The notes under the pieces are model-generated. The model saw only the letters and a list, made by a program, of their open reading frames with translations, had not been told where the DNA came from and did not search any database. This document shows positions 10,294-19,658 of a DNA stretch of 64,000 nt, in pieces. Position 1 is the first letter of the stretch. Each line of letters begins with the position of its first letter. This DNA comes from a virus, in the IMG/VR virus record IMGVR_UViG_3300044630_004815, positions 6,210 to 70,209 of that record; one strand, 5' to 3'. A program made the position numbers and the translations under genes.

Positions 10294-10820
10294 GACTGGG
10301 ATGTGGTTTGAACTTCTGTGATAGAAACTGTGGATGCGGTTCCACCTACTCCATATGCAGCAACTTTTACACTTCTTGCAACAACTGCTCCAGTTACAGT
10401 AATTATTCCTGTGACTGAAGATGAATTATGATTAATTGTTATGGAAGAATCTGAAACTCCAGTAATTGCAACGTGAGTAGTATTAATTCCCGCAGTTGTC
10501 GCACCAGAGACAGTCACATAATCTCCAACTAAAAATGGATTTCCATAATTCTGACCAAAGGTTACTACAGTTGTAGCACCAGTAGTAATTCCCGAAATTT
10601 GTTGTCTAGCAACTCTTTCTTTTAAAATTTCTGGTTGATATTGAGAAACTAAAAAATCACTTGTAGTTGCTGTTGGGTTTGTGCCAATTGCAACAGCAAC
10701 AGCAGCACCAACTGGAACAATTCTAATAAAACCACTCTGCAGAGAAATTGCAGAACTTTGAGCTGATGCGGCACCTACACTACTCAAAGGTGTTACTGTT
10801 TGTACTATTTTGTGAGACAT
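10290..10820 (-). CDS. Ser/Thr/Val-rich probable virion protein
   Basis: Beta-rich 176-aa ORF in the head cluster (ISGITTGATT...F.VGDYVTVSG); preceded by a late promoter. Confidence 0.7.
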   Translation of the reverse strand: MSHKIVQTVTPLSSVGAASAQSSAISLQSGFIRIVPVGAAVAVAIGTNPTATTSDFLVSQYQPEILKERVARQQISGITTGATTVVTFGQNYGNPFLVGDYVTVSGATTAGINTTHVAITGVSDSSITINHNSSSVTGIITVTGAVVARSVKVAAYGVGGTASTVSITEVQTTSQS

Positions 10821-10845
10821 TACTATAATTAGTCTTTTATTTAAT

Positions 10846-10853
10846 TATTTAGT
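10846..10853 (-). promoter_or_regulatory. T4-type late promoter
   Basis: ACTAAATA upstream of ORF 10290..10820. Confidence 0.55.
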
Positions 10854-12099
10854 AAATTTCTCTCCATCTAATAGAAACCCCAACATTAGTGCTGGTGTCA
10901 CTTATATTACTTACAAGAACTGAAAAGATTTCTGAGTCTGTTGCATCAAAATTTTGTGTTAGGAAATTTTTCTTAGATGATGGACCACTTGATACATCTA
11001 CAGTTGTTGCTGATGGTTTTTGTGAGTTTTGACTTTCACCTGCAGCATAACCACCCATAAAATCTTCAAAATATGCAGTACTAATTCCAGTTGAAGATGC
11101 ATTATATTCAACAACCGATTCATCATTTTCAGATACCCAAGTTCCTGTCGAATTAATTCCAACAGAACTTCTAAATTTTAAAACTTCATATTTTACATTT
11201 CCTCCATTACTAAACACAGAAACATCTTCAAGTTTTACTGTTGCTCTATTTGGATAACCTTTAAATGCATTCTTGAGTCTAATTTTAATAATGGGAACTG
11301 TACTACCAATGCTAACAGTTCTAAGATTTGTTGTATGAGAAAATTCTCTACCTGCCTCAACATACCCACCCTCACTCATTACAGTAGAGCAAATCTGAAT
11401 AAAGGAACCACCAGCACCTACTTGTGCTCCAGTATTTCTAACCTCACATCTTACGGGAAGATTTGGATTGGACATATAAACTGTTGGAATGTGATTTGAA
11501 TTATAAAATTCGTGACAGACCACATTCTTACCATCAATCGAAAATCCACAACGAACTCTACCAACACCTAACCATTCAAAGTCAGTAAAGAATAATTGTG
11601 TTTTAGTAATATCTAATGTAAATCCAGAAGGATCTTGACCATTCAATCTATCCTTATTCCATTGAGATTGAGTAACTCTTCTATCTGAAGCAATCCCAGT
11701 TACATAAGATCTGATTACAAAACTTAAAGTTCCATCTGGTGCTTGCTCAAAGAAAATACCATCTCTGTCATCAAAGTAACCAGTTCTCTTATAGACATTT
11801 TGTTGTGCTGCACCAAAATTAAATGTAGAAAAAATCAATTGAGATTTTCCAGGCATATAATGATGATATCTCTTGGTCTGGTGAATAGTATATCCATTAG
11901 TGCTGATTCCAGACTGTAAAATTGCTGCTGCTTGGTTGACATCAAAAACAATAGTTGCTCCTGTGCCAACTTTAACATCTACAAAATCTGGGTCAATAGC
12001 ATAAAGATGCTTATAATCTCCAAGAGTATATGGATTTGATGTTCTTAATCTACCAAAAGCATCATCTTCTGGTTTCCACGGATTATATAAGTGTGACAT
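10849..12099 (-). CDS. Probable virion accessory protein, beta-rich (start probably the ATG at 12099)
   Basis: DAFGRLRTS.P, Y.PGKS and EWLGVGRVR.GF motifs; inserted in the head cluster. Confidence 0.65.
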   Translation of the reverse strand: MSHLYNPWKPEDDAFGRLRTSNPYTLGDYKHLYAIDPDFVDVKVGTGATIVFDVNQAAAILQSGISTNGYTIHQTKRYHHYMPGKSQLIFSTFNFGAAQQNVYKRTGYFDDRDGIFFEQAPDGTLSFVIRSYVTGIASDRRVTQSQWNKDRLNGQDPSGFTLDITKTQLFFTDFEWLGVGRVRCGFSIDGKNVVCHEFYNSNHIPTVYMSNPNLPVRCEVRNTGAQVGAGGSFIQICSTVMSEGGYVEAGREFSHTTNLRTVSIGSTVPIIKIRLKNAFKGYPNRATVKLEDVSVFSNGGNVKYEVLKFRSSVGINSTGTWVSENDESVVEYNASSTGISTAYFEDFMGGYAAGESQNSQKPSATTVDVSSGPSSKKNFLTQNFDATDSEIFSVLVSNISDTSTNVGVSIRWREIY

Positions 12100-12794
12100 T
12101 AAACTACTCTCCAACCATTTCTATAAACAAAAGTAAGTGAACCATAATCATAAGCAATAAATGCTCTATCTCTGCCATCAATAGTGTTAGAACCAGATGG
12201 GAGGATTGTAATATATCTATTTACTCCCTTGGATGCTTCTCCAAGTTCATCTTTTACTATGTAGGTCTTCCCATTCTTTTTGGGTGTTGGAAGAGTAATT
12301 GTAACTGCTCCTGCATAATTAACTCCAATATAATAATCTTGTGGAGTTACTGTATAAGATGAAGTAGTGATATATTTAAGAGGCATATCCATATATGCCA
12401 AATTCGTTTCACCACCTCCACCTAATGTGGAAAGTTGCTGTTGAATTCTTGATAAGAAAAGACTATAATGCTTTTGGAGATCATCAAGAGTTGCAAACTT
12501 CTGATTTAAAGGAGTAAGAGGATCTTTTTCTTGTTTGGTATTTGATGGTTCAGCAAGAAGTCCTAATGATTTTTCTACCAGTTCTTCCTTTGTTTCCTCT
12601 ACTACCTCTTCTTTATCCTCACAAATTGTGTTATCGATTTCTATTAGAGATTCCTTATTTTCTTTATATTGCTTAGATAAAGGTTTTACAAAGTCTTCAA
12701 AGAAAGAATCTCCAAGAAGTTCTTTTATCTCTTCTTTTCTTTCTTTCTTTGCAGACTTTACTGTTTTAAAGAAGTCTATTAACTCCTTATCCAC
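12099..12794 (-). CDS. Protein with a charged N-terminus and a C-terminal fibre/baseplate-type beta domain
   Basis: LGGGGE linker then YYIGVN...VTITLP...G..YIVKDE.G...TIDG...YGSLTFVY..GW. Confidence 0.65.
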   Translation of the reverse strand: MDKELIDFFKTVKSAKKERKEEIKELLGDSFFEDFVKPLSKQYKENKESLIEIDNTICEDKEEVVEETKEELVEKSLGLLAEPSNTKQEKDPLTPLNQKFATLDDLQKHYSLFLSRIQQQLSTLGGGGETNLAYMDMPLKYITTSSYTVTPQDYYIGVNYAGAVTITLPTPKKNGKTYIVKDELGEASKGVNRYITILPSGSNTIDGRDRAFIAYDYGSLTFVYRNGWRVV

Positions 12795-12797
12795 TTA

Positions 12798-12965
12798 TTA
12801 CTCCTCCCCAACAATATTTCCAAATAATGACTGGGCAACATATGGAGTAATTGCATCAATATTAGAACTTGATTTTGTATACAAAATCTCCTTAATCTTA
12901 TCAGAAATTTGTTCCGATGAATTTCCAGATAAAATAATATCCATCAATTCTGTACTAGATTCCAT
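12798..12965 (-). CDS. Small 55-aa protein after g20 (position of T4 gp67-like prohead core protein); absent from the ORF track
   Basis: Manual translation MESSTELMDIILSGNSSEQISDKIKEILYTKSSSNIDAITPYVAQSLFGNIVGEE; GAGG RBS and late promoter upstream. Confidence 0.75.
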   Translation of the reverse strand: MESSTELMDIILSGNSSEQISDKIKEILYTKSSSNIDAITPYVAQSLFGNIVGEE

Positions 12966-12989
12966 AAATAACCTCAAAAAATTATAAAC

Positions 12990-12997
12990 TATTTATA
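12990..12997 (-). promoter_or_regulatory. T4-type late promoter
   Basis: Perfect TATAAATA overlapping the g20 stop. Confidence 0.7.
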
Positions 12998-14660
12998 TCT
13001 CTGCTGCCTTGCTGTTTATATTCATATCCTTATTGGATGATCCCATATCAGGTTCCATTGGAACTTGTCCAAGCATTTGTCCATTCATACCAGGAACCAT
13101 CGGTTGTCCATCTGGACCAATAGGGGGCATAAGTTTAGGATCTGGATATAAACCATCCTTAATTTCTTCCTTCATTAATTCATTCTCATCGACGATTTCT
13201 TGGTCTGTTTGACGAAGAATCTTACGTCTCACATAGTCTTGTGAATAATAAGTGCCAATGTATGGTTGAATTGCAACCATCAAATTGAGTCTTTCATTCA
13301 TCAACTCAGTATCTTTAAGTTCAGAAAAATGACCATCATATAAGTAATCATATTGAATATGATCACTCATCTTCTGCCAATCTTCTGGAGTTATAATATT
13401 CTTCAGAATGAGTTGAGTCTTTAGCATATCGTGAAAAAGACCACTAAATCTCTTTCTTAATCTTCCAACAAACTTACCAAACATCAATTCATCTCTAAGA
13501 ATCTCTGAAGATCTTCCTAGATTAAATCCTTCATCTGAAGCAGTTCTAGATTCTGGAACATTCAGTGCTCTGAATAATTTCTTTTGGAAATATTGAACAT
13601 CGGTCAACTCTCCAAGATTCTGTCCACCAGGAAGAGTAGTGATCTCAGTGCCTCTACCACCCTCTCTACGGGGCAGCCAGAAGTCTTCCATCATACTCAT
13701 AAACTTCTTGTCATCACGCATTTCACCAGTGTTTGCGTCATAAACAAGTTTATTACGATATCTACCCATAACATCACGTAGATATTGCTCTGCCTTTACT
13801 TTAGGTAGATTGCCAACATCGATGTAGAAGATTCTTCTTTCTGGTGCTCTAGAAAGTCTGTAGATAACAAGAGCATCCTCAATCATCCTAAGTTGATTCA
13901 GTGCTTTAATTGCTTTATGTAAATATGAAAGTGTCAGTTGTCTATTTCTATCTACAAGACCTGAAGTTACATACGTAATAGAATCCCTTGCAATTTTCAC
14001 ACCACGATTAGTTGAACCAACCTTTTGAATAGATCCCTGAGGGTAATACATAAAGTATTCCTCAATCTCTGGTTCAGTGAATGCTGTCATACTATTGGGA
14101 TCTATACTATTAAGATAGTTTCCTCCAAGATTGACTTTGGTATCTTTCTTCTTTTCTTGTCTAATAAATCGAACTTTCAATGCGTCCATATAACGAATAT
14201 CTAAAATTCCTTCCTCAGGTTTTTTTAGATCGATAACTTTATGATATAATAATCTTCCGTCGATATACCAGTTTTTAAATATTTCGTGTGCCTTTTTGTC
14301 GAAATCTAAAAGATCTTTAATATATTTAAATTCTTCTCTGATAATCTTTTTGAGTCCATCACTTGCATTAAGATTACTCAGTTCAATTTCAACTGGAGAA
14401 TCATTCAAGTCACTTACAATTGCCTCATTGACAACATTTTCAATTGCACTATCACATTCTGGGTGAAGTGCCATTTCCCTATATCTTTTAATTAAATCGT
14501 ATTCATTCCTGAATACTCCTTCAATATCTACATATTGCCCATAAAAACCACTAGTCAGATAATAGTCAGCCCCGTCCTCGTTATTTTCGGGGACAGGGGA
14601 GACCGCACCTTTTGGTAATTTATCGTCGTCTTCAATAGAGAAACCAAATAGTCTTGCCAT
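12993..14660 (-). CDS. g20: Portal protein gp20
   Basis: LFGFSI, WYIDGR, YRLSRAPERRIFYIDVGNLPK.KAEQYL and EDFWLPRREGGRGTEITTLPGG motifs. Confidence 0.99.
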   Translation of the reverse strand: MARLFGFSIEDDDKLPKGAVSPVPENNEDGADYYLTSGFYGQYVDIEGVFRNEYDLIKRYREMALHPECDSAIENVVNEAIVSDLNDSPVEIELSNLNASDGLKKIIREEFKYIKDLLDFDKKAHEIFKNWYIDGRLLYHKVIDLKKPEEGILDIRYMDALKVRFIRQEKKKDTKVNLGGNYLNSIDPNSMTAFTEPEIEEYFMYYPQGSIQKVGSTNRGVKIARDSITYVTSGLVDRNRQLTLSYLHKAIKALNQLRMIEDALVIYRLSRAPERRIFYIDVGNLPKVKAEQYLRDVMGRYRNKLVYDANTGEMRDDKKFMSMMEDFWLPRREGGRGTEITTLPGGQNLGELTDVQYFQKKLFRALNVPESRTASDEGFNLGRSSEILRDELMFGKFVGRLRKRFSGLFHDMLKTQLILKNIITPEDWQKMSDHIQYDYLYDGHFSELKDTELMNERLNLMVAIQPYIGTYYSQDYVRRKILRQTDQEIVDENELMKEEIKDGLYPDPKLMPPIGPDGQPMVPGMNGQMLGQVPMEPDMGSSNKDMNINSKAAEI

Positions 14661-14682
14661 ATTATAATTGTAAACTTTCTAC

Positions 14683-14690
14683 TATTTAGA
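14683..14690 (-). promoter_or_regulatory. T4-type late promoter
   Basis: TCTAAATA upstream of g20. Confidence 0.6.
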
Positions 14691-15315
14691 TCACTTGAGA
14701 TGATGGGGTATTATTGGCATCTGCAGCTTCCCACCACTGAACTTGAAGATCTACTGTGAATTCTTCAATTTCATTTTCATTGTTGTATGAAAGATCAATC
14801 TGAGAAACACTAGTTGGGAATACTCCGTGTACAATATACTTTCTCAAGATATCAATCTCACCACCTTGAGTTCCTGGGATATTTAATCCAGTATATGCAC
14901 CCCTTGATAATTGGGTTACATTCATATCAACCATATATTCTGATGGATTAATTGAACCACTTCCATCAGATACTTTGACCATATAGTTCATCCATCTTTC
15001 AAATAGATTTCTCCATTTGAAATTGGTATCGTTAATAACAGTGATGCTCCAAATATCAAAGGTTCTATCACCAGCAATTTTGAGGGTTCTTCCTCTGAAT
15101 GGTACTGGAATTTCTGAAATAGTTGATCCAGGAAGACCAGCAGTTTTGATTAACATATAGTCATCAGATTCAATAGAAATTGATGAATCAAATGGTAAAC
15201 TGAATGTAGACGATGGTGATGATCCAAAACTTACTTCAAATAGATTGCTGCGAGCACCACCACCAGATAATTTAGTCTTAAATCTATCAATTGTTCTTTC
15301 GTTGAAATTAGGCAT
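14686..15315 (-). CDS. g19: Tail tube protein gp19
   Basis: GGGARSNLFEV, VPFRGR.LKIAGDRTF..W and IEEFTV motifs. Confidence 0.97.
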   Translation of the reverse strand: MPNFNERTIDRFKTKLSGGGARSNLFEVSFGSSPSSTFSLPFDSSISIESDDYMLIKTAGLPGSTISEIPVPFRGRTLKIAGDRTFDIWSITVINDTNFKWRNLFERWMNYMVKVSDGSGSINPSEYMVDMNVTQLSRGAYTGLNIPGTQGGEIDILRKYIVHGVFPTSVSQIDLSYNNENEIEEFTVDLQVQWWEAADANNTPSSQVI

Positions 15316-15332
15316 TGTTCTTCTCCTTTAAA

Positions 15333-17942
15333 TTAAACTGTTCCAACAACGGTTTCAAATGAAACACCAGTTCTCGTAGCAACGAATGTCAGTCCGATGT
15401 AATTGATAGAACGAGCTGGTTTTACATAAATGTCAGCAATAAATTCATTTCTATCAATAACAGCAGGAGTATTATTTGTTTCATCACACACTAGTAAGAA
15501 GTCTGTGATTCCTCGTTTTGCCTGCACATCTCTTAGATATGGTTCAACGATATTAATGAAACTTGCTCTTGTCGATGAATCATTAAATTCAAATAATTGA
15601 GCATCAGCAGCACCTCTGATTGCTTGTTCAATTGTAATGAACAACCTTCTGACGTTGATTCTGTCAAATGCTGATGGATAAGATAATGCAGTTTTATCAC
15701 CGAATAGAATTGTTCCAGATCCAGGATAAGTGATGATTGGATTGACTCTATTTGAATAGAGTTCGTCTCTGTCTTCTTGGTTTGGATTATATGCTAGTTT
15801 GATGACATTCTTAAGAGTTCCTCTCACCTTTCCAGCAGGAGAATACCAAGGATACTGATTAATGTCAGTTCTTACACATAGACCAGCAACATCTGCTGAG
15901 CATGGGATGTATACATACTCTCTGTTGAATCTGTCATAGATGTATTGATATCCAGAATCAAATGCTGCATAAGATGATGAAGATAGTGAAGTGAAGAATG
16001 AAAGAATGTTAGGAAGTTTATTTGCCTCTATTGGAACGTTAACAGTTGCTCCTCTGTATGGTGAAATAAATGCTAAACAATCTTTCCTAGATTCTGCTGT
16101 GGAAATTAGATAATTTGCTCTTGATTGCTCAAAATCAATACCACCAGAAGCACTTCCCTGAAGTAAGAAGTTTAATTCAACTTCATTCTCGTTTGCCAGT
16201 TTGTCAATTGCACTAGTAATGTCATTCAACTGTACTTCAAATCCACCAACATTAGTTGCTTGACCAGCAGCAGTTGAATAATCTTTTCCACCAGTGATTG
16301 TAAATGACTTATTTCCAACTGAGTTGAAATGTGTATCATCCGAAGTTTGTCCCCAAACACCTAGTGAGGTTGAAATTGGAGTAAATCCTGACGAGAATTT
16401 GGAAGAAACTTCAGAAACTCCCCAGTGTGCATCAGTTGCAAGTACAGCACCAGCAAATATATAACGTGAATTTGCCTCTAGGTAAGTCTTATAATATACG
16501 TTTTGTGATGGGGAAGTTTGGGCATCCGATGCCTTAGATATATTTCTGAATACTTCTAGAATTTGCTGAGGATTTCCTGAGAAATTTGATGCCCTAGTAT
16601 TGTCAATAATTGCAATATTCAGTGCATCATTACTACCACCCCTATCAGATACATACTGATTAGTTCTTGGTTTTGGTGCAATTGCCTTCCATAGAACAGT
16701 TTGCCTATCTCCATTAGCAGTATTTAATACATACTGCTGATTATACCAGTCATTAATTGCTAGTGGGTAGAGAAGTCCACTGTTTGAAATTGTACTTACT
16801 GTTAAAATTTCATTGGTTGCTGGGTTAATCAGGTAATCTCCAGCATTCACATTTCCTAAAGATGTGAGTTGAACTTGAGTTGTAGTTGAGTTGACTCCAA
16901 CTGAAACTGTAACGTCTGCAGGAAGAACTGATAGGATAGATATTGAAGAACCATCTGGATGATTCGTTGCAGTAGTTCCATAACTTGCTCTAGCAACAGT
17001 AACTGTAGATGTAACTAAATTTGAAATTACAGAAGATACTGTTACAATTTCCGAATTAATTTTTAATTTCTTTGCAGTTGTAATACCAGCATTATATGCA
17101 ACATAGAGAACAGTGTCAGAAGATTGGAACGCATCTGAACCTTGCATGTCCAGAGTTGTTATTCCATCAACATTTAAAGTAGTTAGAGTTTGTCCAGTTC
17201 CAATTGATGCTGCTGAGTATGTGCTTAATCCTGCTCTTACAACTTCTACTGCAGTAACTCCAACCCCAAGGGATCCATTGATGTAAATGGATTCCATGGT
17301 ATTAAAAGAATATACACCTCTTTCGGTGTAATCTTGATTAGTTTCAGTTCCACCAGAACTTACTTTACTTACAACTTTAACATAAAATTCAGAGTTTCCA
17401 ATACCAGAAACAATTCCTTTCAAATGTCCACCAGATTGAATTGATTGGGTAACTCCAACACCAACTGAAATTCCAGATGTATTAATTCCAGAAAAAGTTT
17501 GGTCTGCGAAGTTGTCAATTACACACACTTTAATTCCATCTGCCCAATATCCTGGGTTCTTTGCTGCCCAGTAATATCCAGATGAAATTGTTTCCTGATA
17601 ATTTTCATAATTTTTAATTTTAATGTCAGTTGAAGCAGCACCAACTGCAGCATTGGAGTTCTTCAGATTGTCTGAATCTGCTCTTACTACTTTTAAACTT
17701 CCACCGTAGGAAAGGAAGTTTGATGCAGAATACCAATACTCATAGTGAAAATTGTTCTTTGATGGTGAACCAAAAATGTTCACTAAATCATTTTCAGTTC
17801 TTATTGTAGTTACTTCTTCTACTGGACCTCTCTCAAAAGGTGCTGCAATACCTGCAGCTAAAGGAGAAGTAGCATTAACTGAACCTCTAGTTAAGTCTAC
17901 TTCTCTTATTGTAATCCCTGGAGATGATAAGCTTAAAGCCAT
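15333..17942 (-). CDS. g18: Tail sheath protein gp18 with a large central insertion
   Basis: SPG..IREVDLT, FLSYGG.L.VVR, PWYSPAG..RG and FDRINVRRLF motifs. Confidence 0.97.
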   Translation of the reverse strand: MALSLSSPGITIREVDLTRGSVNATSPLAAGIAAPFERGPVEEVTTIRTENDLVNIFGSPSKNNFHYEYWYSASNFLSYGGSLKVVRADSDNLKNSNAAVGAASTDIKIKNYENYQETISSGYYWAAKNPGYWADGIKVCVIDNFADQTFSGINTSGISVGVGVTQSIQSGGHLKGIVSGIGNSEFYVKVVSKVSSGGTETNQDYTERGVYSFNTMESIYINGSLGVGVTAVEVVRAGLSTYSAASIGTGQTLTTLNVDGITTLDMQGSDAFQSSDTVLYVAYNAGITTAKKLKINSEIVTVSSVISNLVTSTVTVARASYGTTATNHPDGSSISILSVLPADVTVSVGVNSTTTQVQLTSLGNVNAGDYLINPATNEILTVSTISNSGLLYPLAINDWYNQQYVLNTANGDRQTVLWKAIAPKPRTNQYVSDRGGSNDALNIAIIDNTRASNFSGNPQQILEVFRNISKASDAQTSPSQNVYYKTYLEANSRYIFAGAVLATDAHWGVSEVSSKFSSGFTPISTSLGVWGQTSDDTHFNSVGNKSFTITGGKDYSTAAGQATNVGGFEVQLNDITSAIDKLANENEVELNFLLQGSASGGIDFEQSRANYLISTAESRKDCLAFISPYRGATVNVPIEANKLPNILSFFTSLSSSSYAAFDSGYQYIYDRFNREYVYIPCSADVAGLCVRTDINQYPWYSPAGKVRGTLKNVIKLAYNPNQEDRDELYSNRVNPIITYPGSGTILFGDKTALSYPSAFDRINVRRLFITIEQAIRGAADAQLFEFNDSSTRASFINIVEPYLRDVQAKRGITDFLLVCDETNNTPAVIDRNEFIADIYVKPARSINYIGLTFVATRTGVSFETVVGTV

Positions 17943-17979
17943 TTTGACTCCTCTAACTGCTTCATTTTTTAACTAAAAG

Positions 17980-17987
17980 TATTTATA
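17980..17987 (-). promoter_or_regulatory. T4-type late promoter
   Basis: Perfect TATAAATA upstream of g18. Confidence 0.7.
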
Positions 17988-17998
17988 AATTTATCCTT

Positions 17999-19651
17999 TT
18001 ATCTATATTCCCACATGTAGGATCTATCACCATATTCATCAACCTTCCAAATATCCCCATCAGCATCTTTGAATTCTGTTTCATCATCTATTCCAGTAAT
18101 AATGAATCCAAATGGAGACATATCTTGATCAATTTGATTTTTTTGTTCTTCATATAATCTTTTTCTAACATCTTGCTCCGTCAGTTCTTTGAAATAGTCC
18201 TGTGCGACCAACCAAGCATAAATTACAAGGCACATTGCCAAATCATCATTACAACCCTCTTCTGCCTCGAATGAGTTATGTTTCTGGATGAAAGTAGTTA
18301 GTTCACTGATAATCTCATAGTCATTGAAGATGAGTTTGTCCTCTTCGATCATAGTTTTAAGATTGAGACATCCAACTTTCTTAACTGTCTTGGACATCTT
18401 AAGTCCTAGTTGAGTTTTCTTCCCAGAAAATCCTTGCCCAACAATCTGCCCTGCTCTACCTCTCATAGAACACATGAGGAGATTTTGATACTCTAAATCA
18501 TATTGAATAATTGATGCTACTTGGTCTCCAACATCATTGACTTCACAAAGGACAAATGCATTATTGTACGCTTTAGCAACCTCATGTATGATGCTTGGAA
18601 ATAGCATTGGTTTGATTTCATTATTCCTATACTTTGCTACTATTTTGTGTGGGAAAGTTGTAATATCAAATACTACAAATGCAGAGTAGTCATTTCCAAC
18701 TCCTCTTGCTACGTCAACCGTAACTACATAGTCTCTATTTTCTCTTTTCTCTTCATATACATCCAATCCTTTATTTCTTTTAACTGGAGTATCATATACT
18801 AAACTCTTAAGTTTGCTTGGAGCAATTAGAGTGTCAACAGATCCTAAGAATTCGCACTCAAACTCGATCTTAAACTGCTGCTCAGAAGTGTTCGCAATAG
18901 TCTGTGCTTTCCATTTATCATCTCTTCCAGGAACTTCAGTCCAGTGAACATCAGTGGGAACATATTCATTTTTACCCCTTTCTGCATCGTGCCAAAGTCG
19001 ATAAAAATGATTCATACCATGTGGGGTAGAAACAATAATTACCTTTGTTGATTGTCCAGAAGAAATAGTTGGATATACAGATGCAAAGAAATCATCTGCA
19101 AGGTGATTTTGAACGAATGCAAATTCGTCTAGGAATATAATGTTGTATGATCCACCACGAACTGCAGATGCTGAAGTTGATGCTGCCAGAATCTTGGATC
19201 CATTCTCCAGTTCCATAGAACCCCTGTTCCATGCCACAATGCCCTGCTGTAACCATTTGGGAAGGTTCTCATAGGCAGTTTGTAGTCTTTGTAGCAAATC
19301 TCTTGCTGTGGATGCCTTGTTGGCAAGAATAGCAATGTTTACGTTATCATTAAAAATTGCATAATGAAGCAAATAAGATACCACAGTAGTAGATTTGCCA
19401 GTCTGCCTAGGCATCTTGCAAATGTTAAATCTATTATTGTGGAAATTTTTAATTAATTTTTCTTGAAAGTCATAAGGTTTAAATGGTTGTAATCCATGAT
19501 CCAAGGTTACAATTTTAACATAGTTCTTTGCAAAGTATACTGGATCATTCTTGCACTTTACAAATTCTAAAATTTGATCTTGAGAAAATTCAATTGGAGT
19601 ATTTGCTTTTTTTAGAAGCGGGTTTCCAAGATAAATGTTATTATTACTCAT
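17999..19651 (-). CDS. g17: Terminase large subunit gp17
   Basis: YLGNPLLK, PRQTGKST, FLDEFAF, STPHG.NHFY, DVARG and DDLAM motifs. Confidence 0.98.
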   Translation of the reverse strand: MSNNNIYLGNPLLKKANTPIEFSQDQILEFVKCKNDPVYFAKNYVKIVTLDHGLQPFKPYDFQEKLIKNFHNNRFNICKMPRQTGKSTTVVSYLLHYAIFNDNVNIAILANKASTARDLLQRLQTAYENLPKWLQQGIVAWNRGSMELENGSKILAASTSASAVRGGSYNIIFLDEFAFVQNHLADDFFASVYPTISSGQSTKVIIVSTPHGMNHFYRLWHDAERGKNEYVPTDVHWTEVPGRDDKWKAQTIANTSEQQFKIEFECEFLGSVDTLIAPSKLKSLVYDTPVKRNKGLDVYEEKRENRDYVVTVDVARGVGNDYSAFVVFDITTFPHKIVAKYRNNEIKPMLFPSIIHEVAKAYNNAFVLCEVNDVGDQVASIIQYDLEYQNLLMCSMRGRAGQIVGQGFSGKKTQLGLKMSKTVKKVGCLNLKTMIEEDKLIFNDYEIISELTTFIQKHNSFEAEEGCNDDLAMCLVIYAWLVAQDYFKELTEQDVRKRLYEEQKNQIDQDMSPFGFIITGIDDETEFKDADGDIWKVDEYGDRSYMWEYR

Positions 19652-19658
19652 AAATTAT

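Noticed and set aside
4446-19651. Introns or inteins in uvsW, g23, g20 or g17
   Set aside because: The ORFs are continuous, of ordinary length, and show no splice-junction or homing-endonuclease motifs
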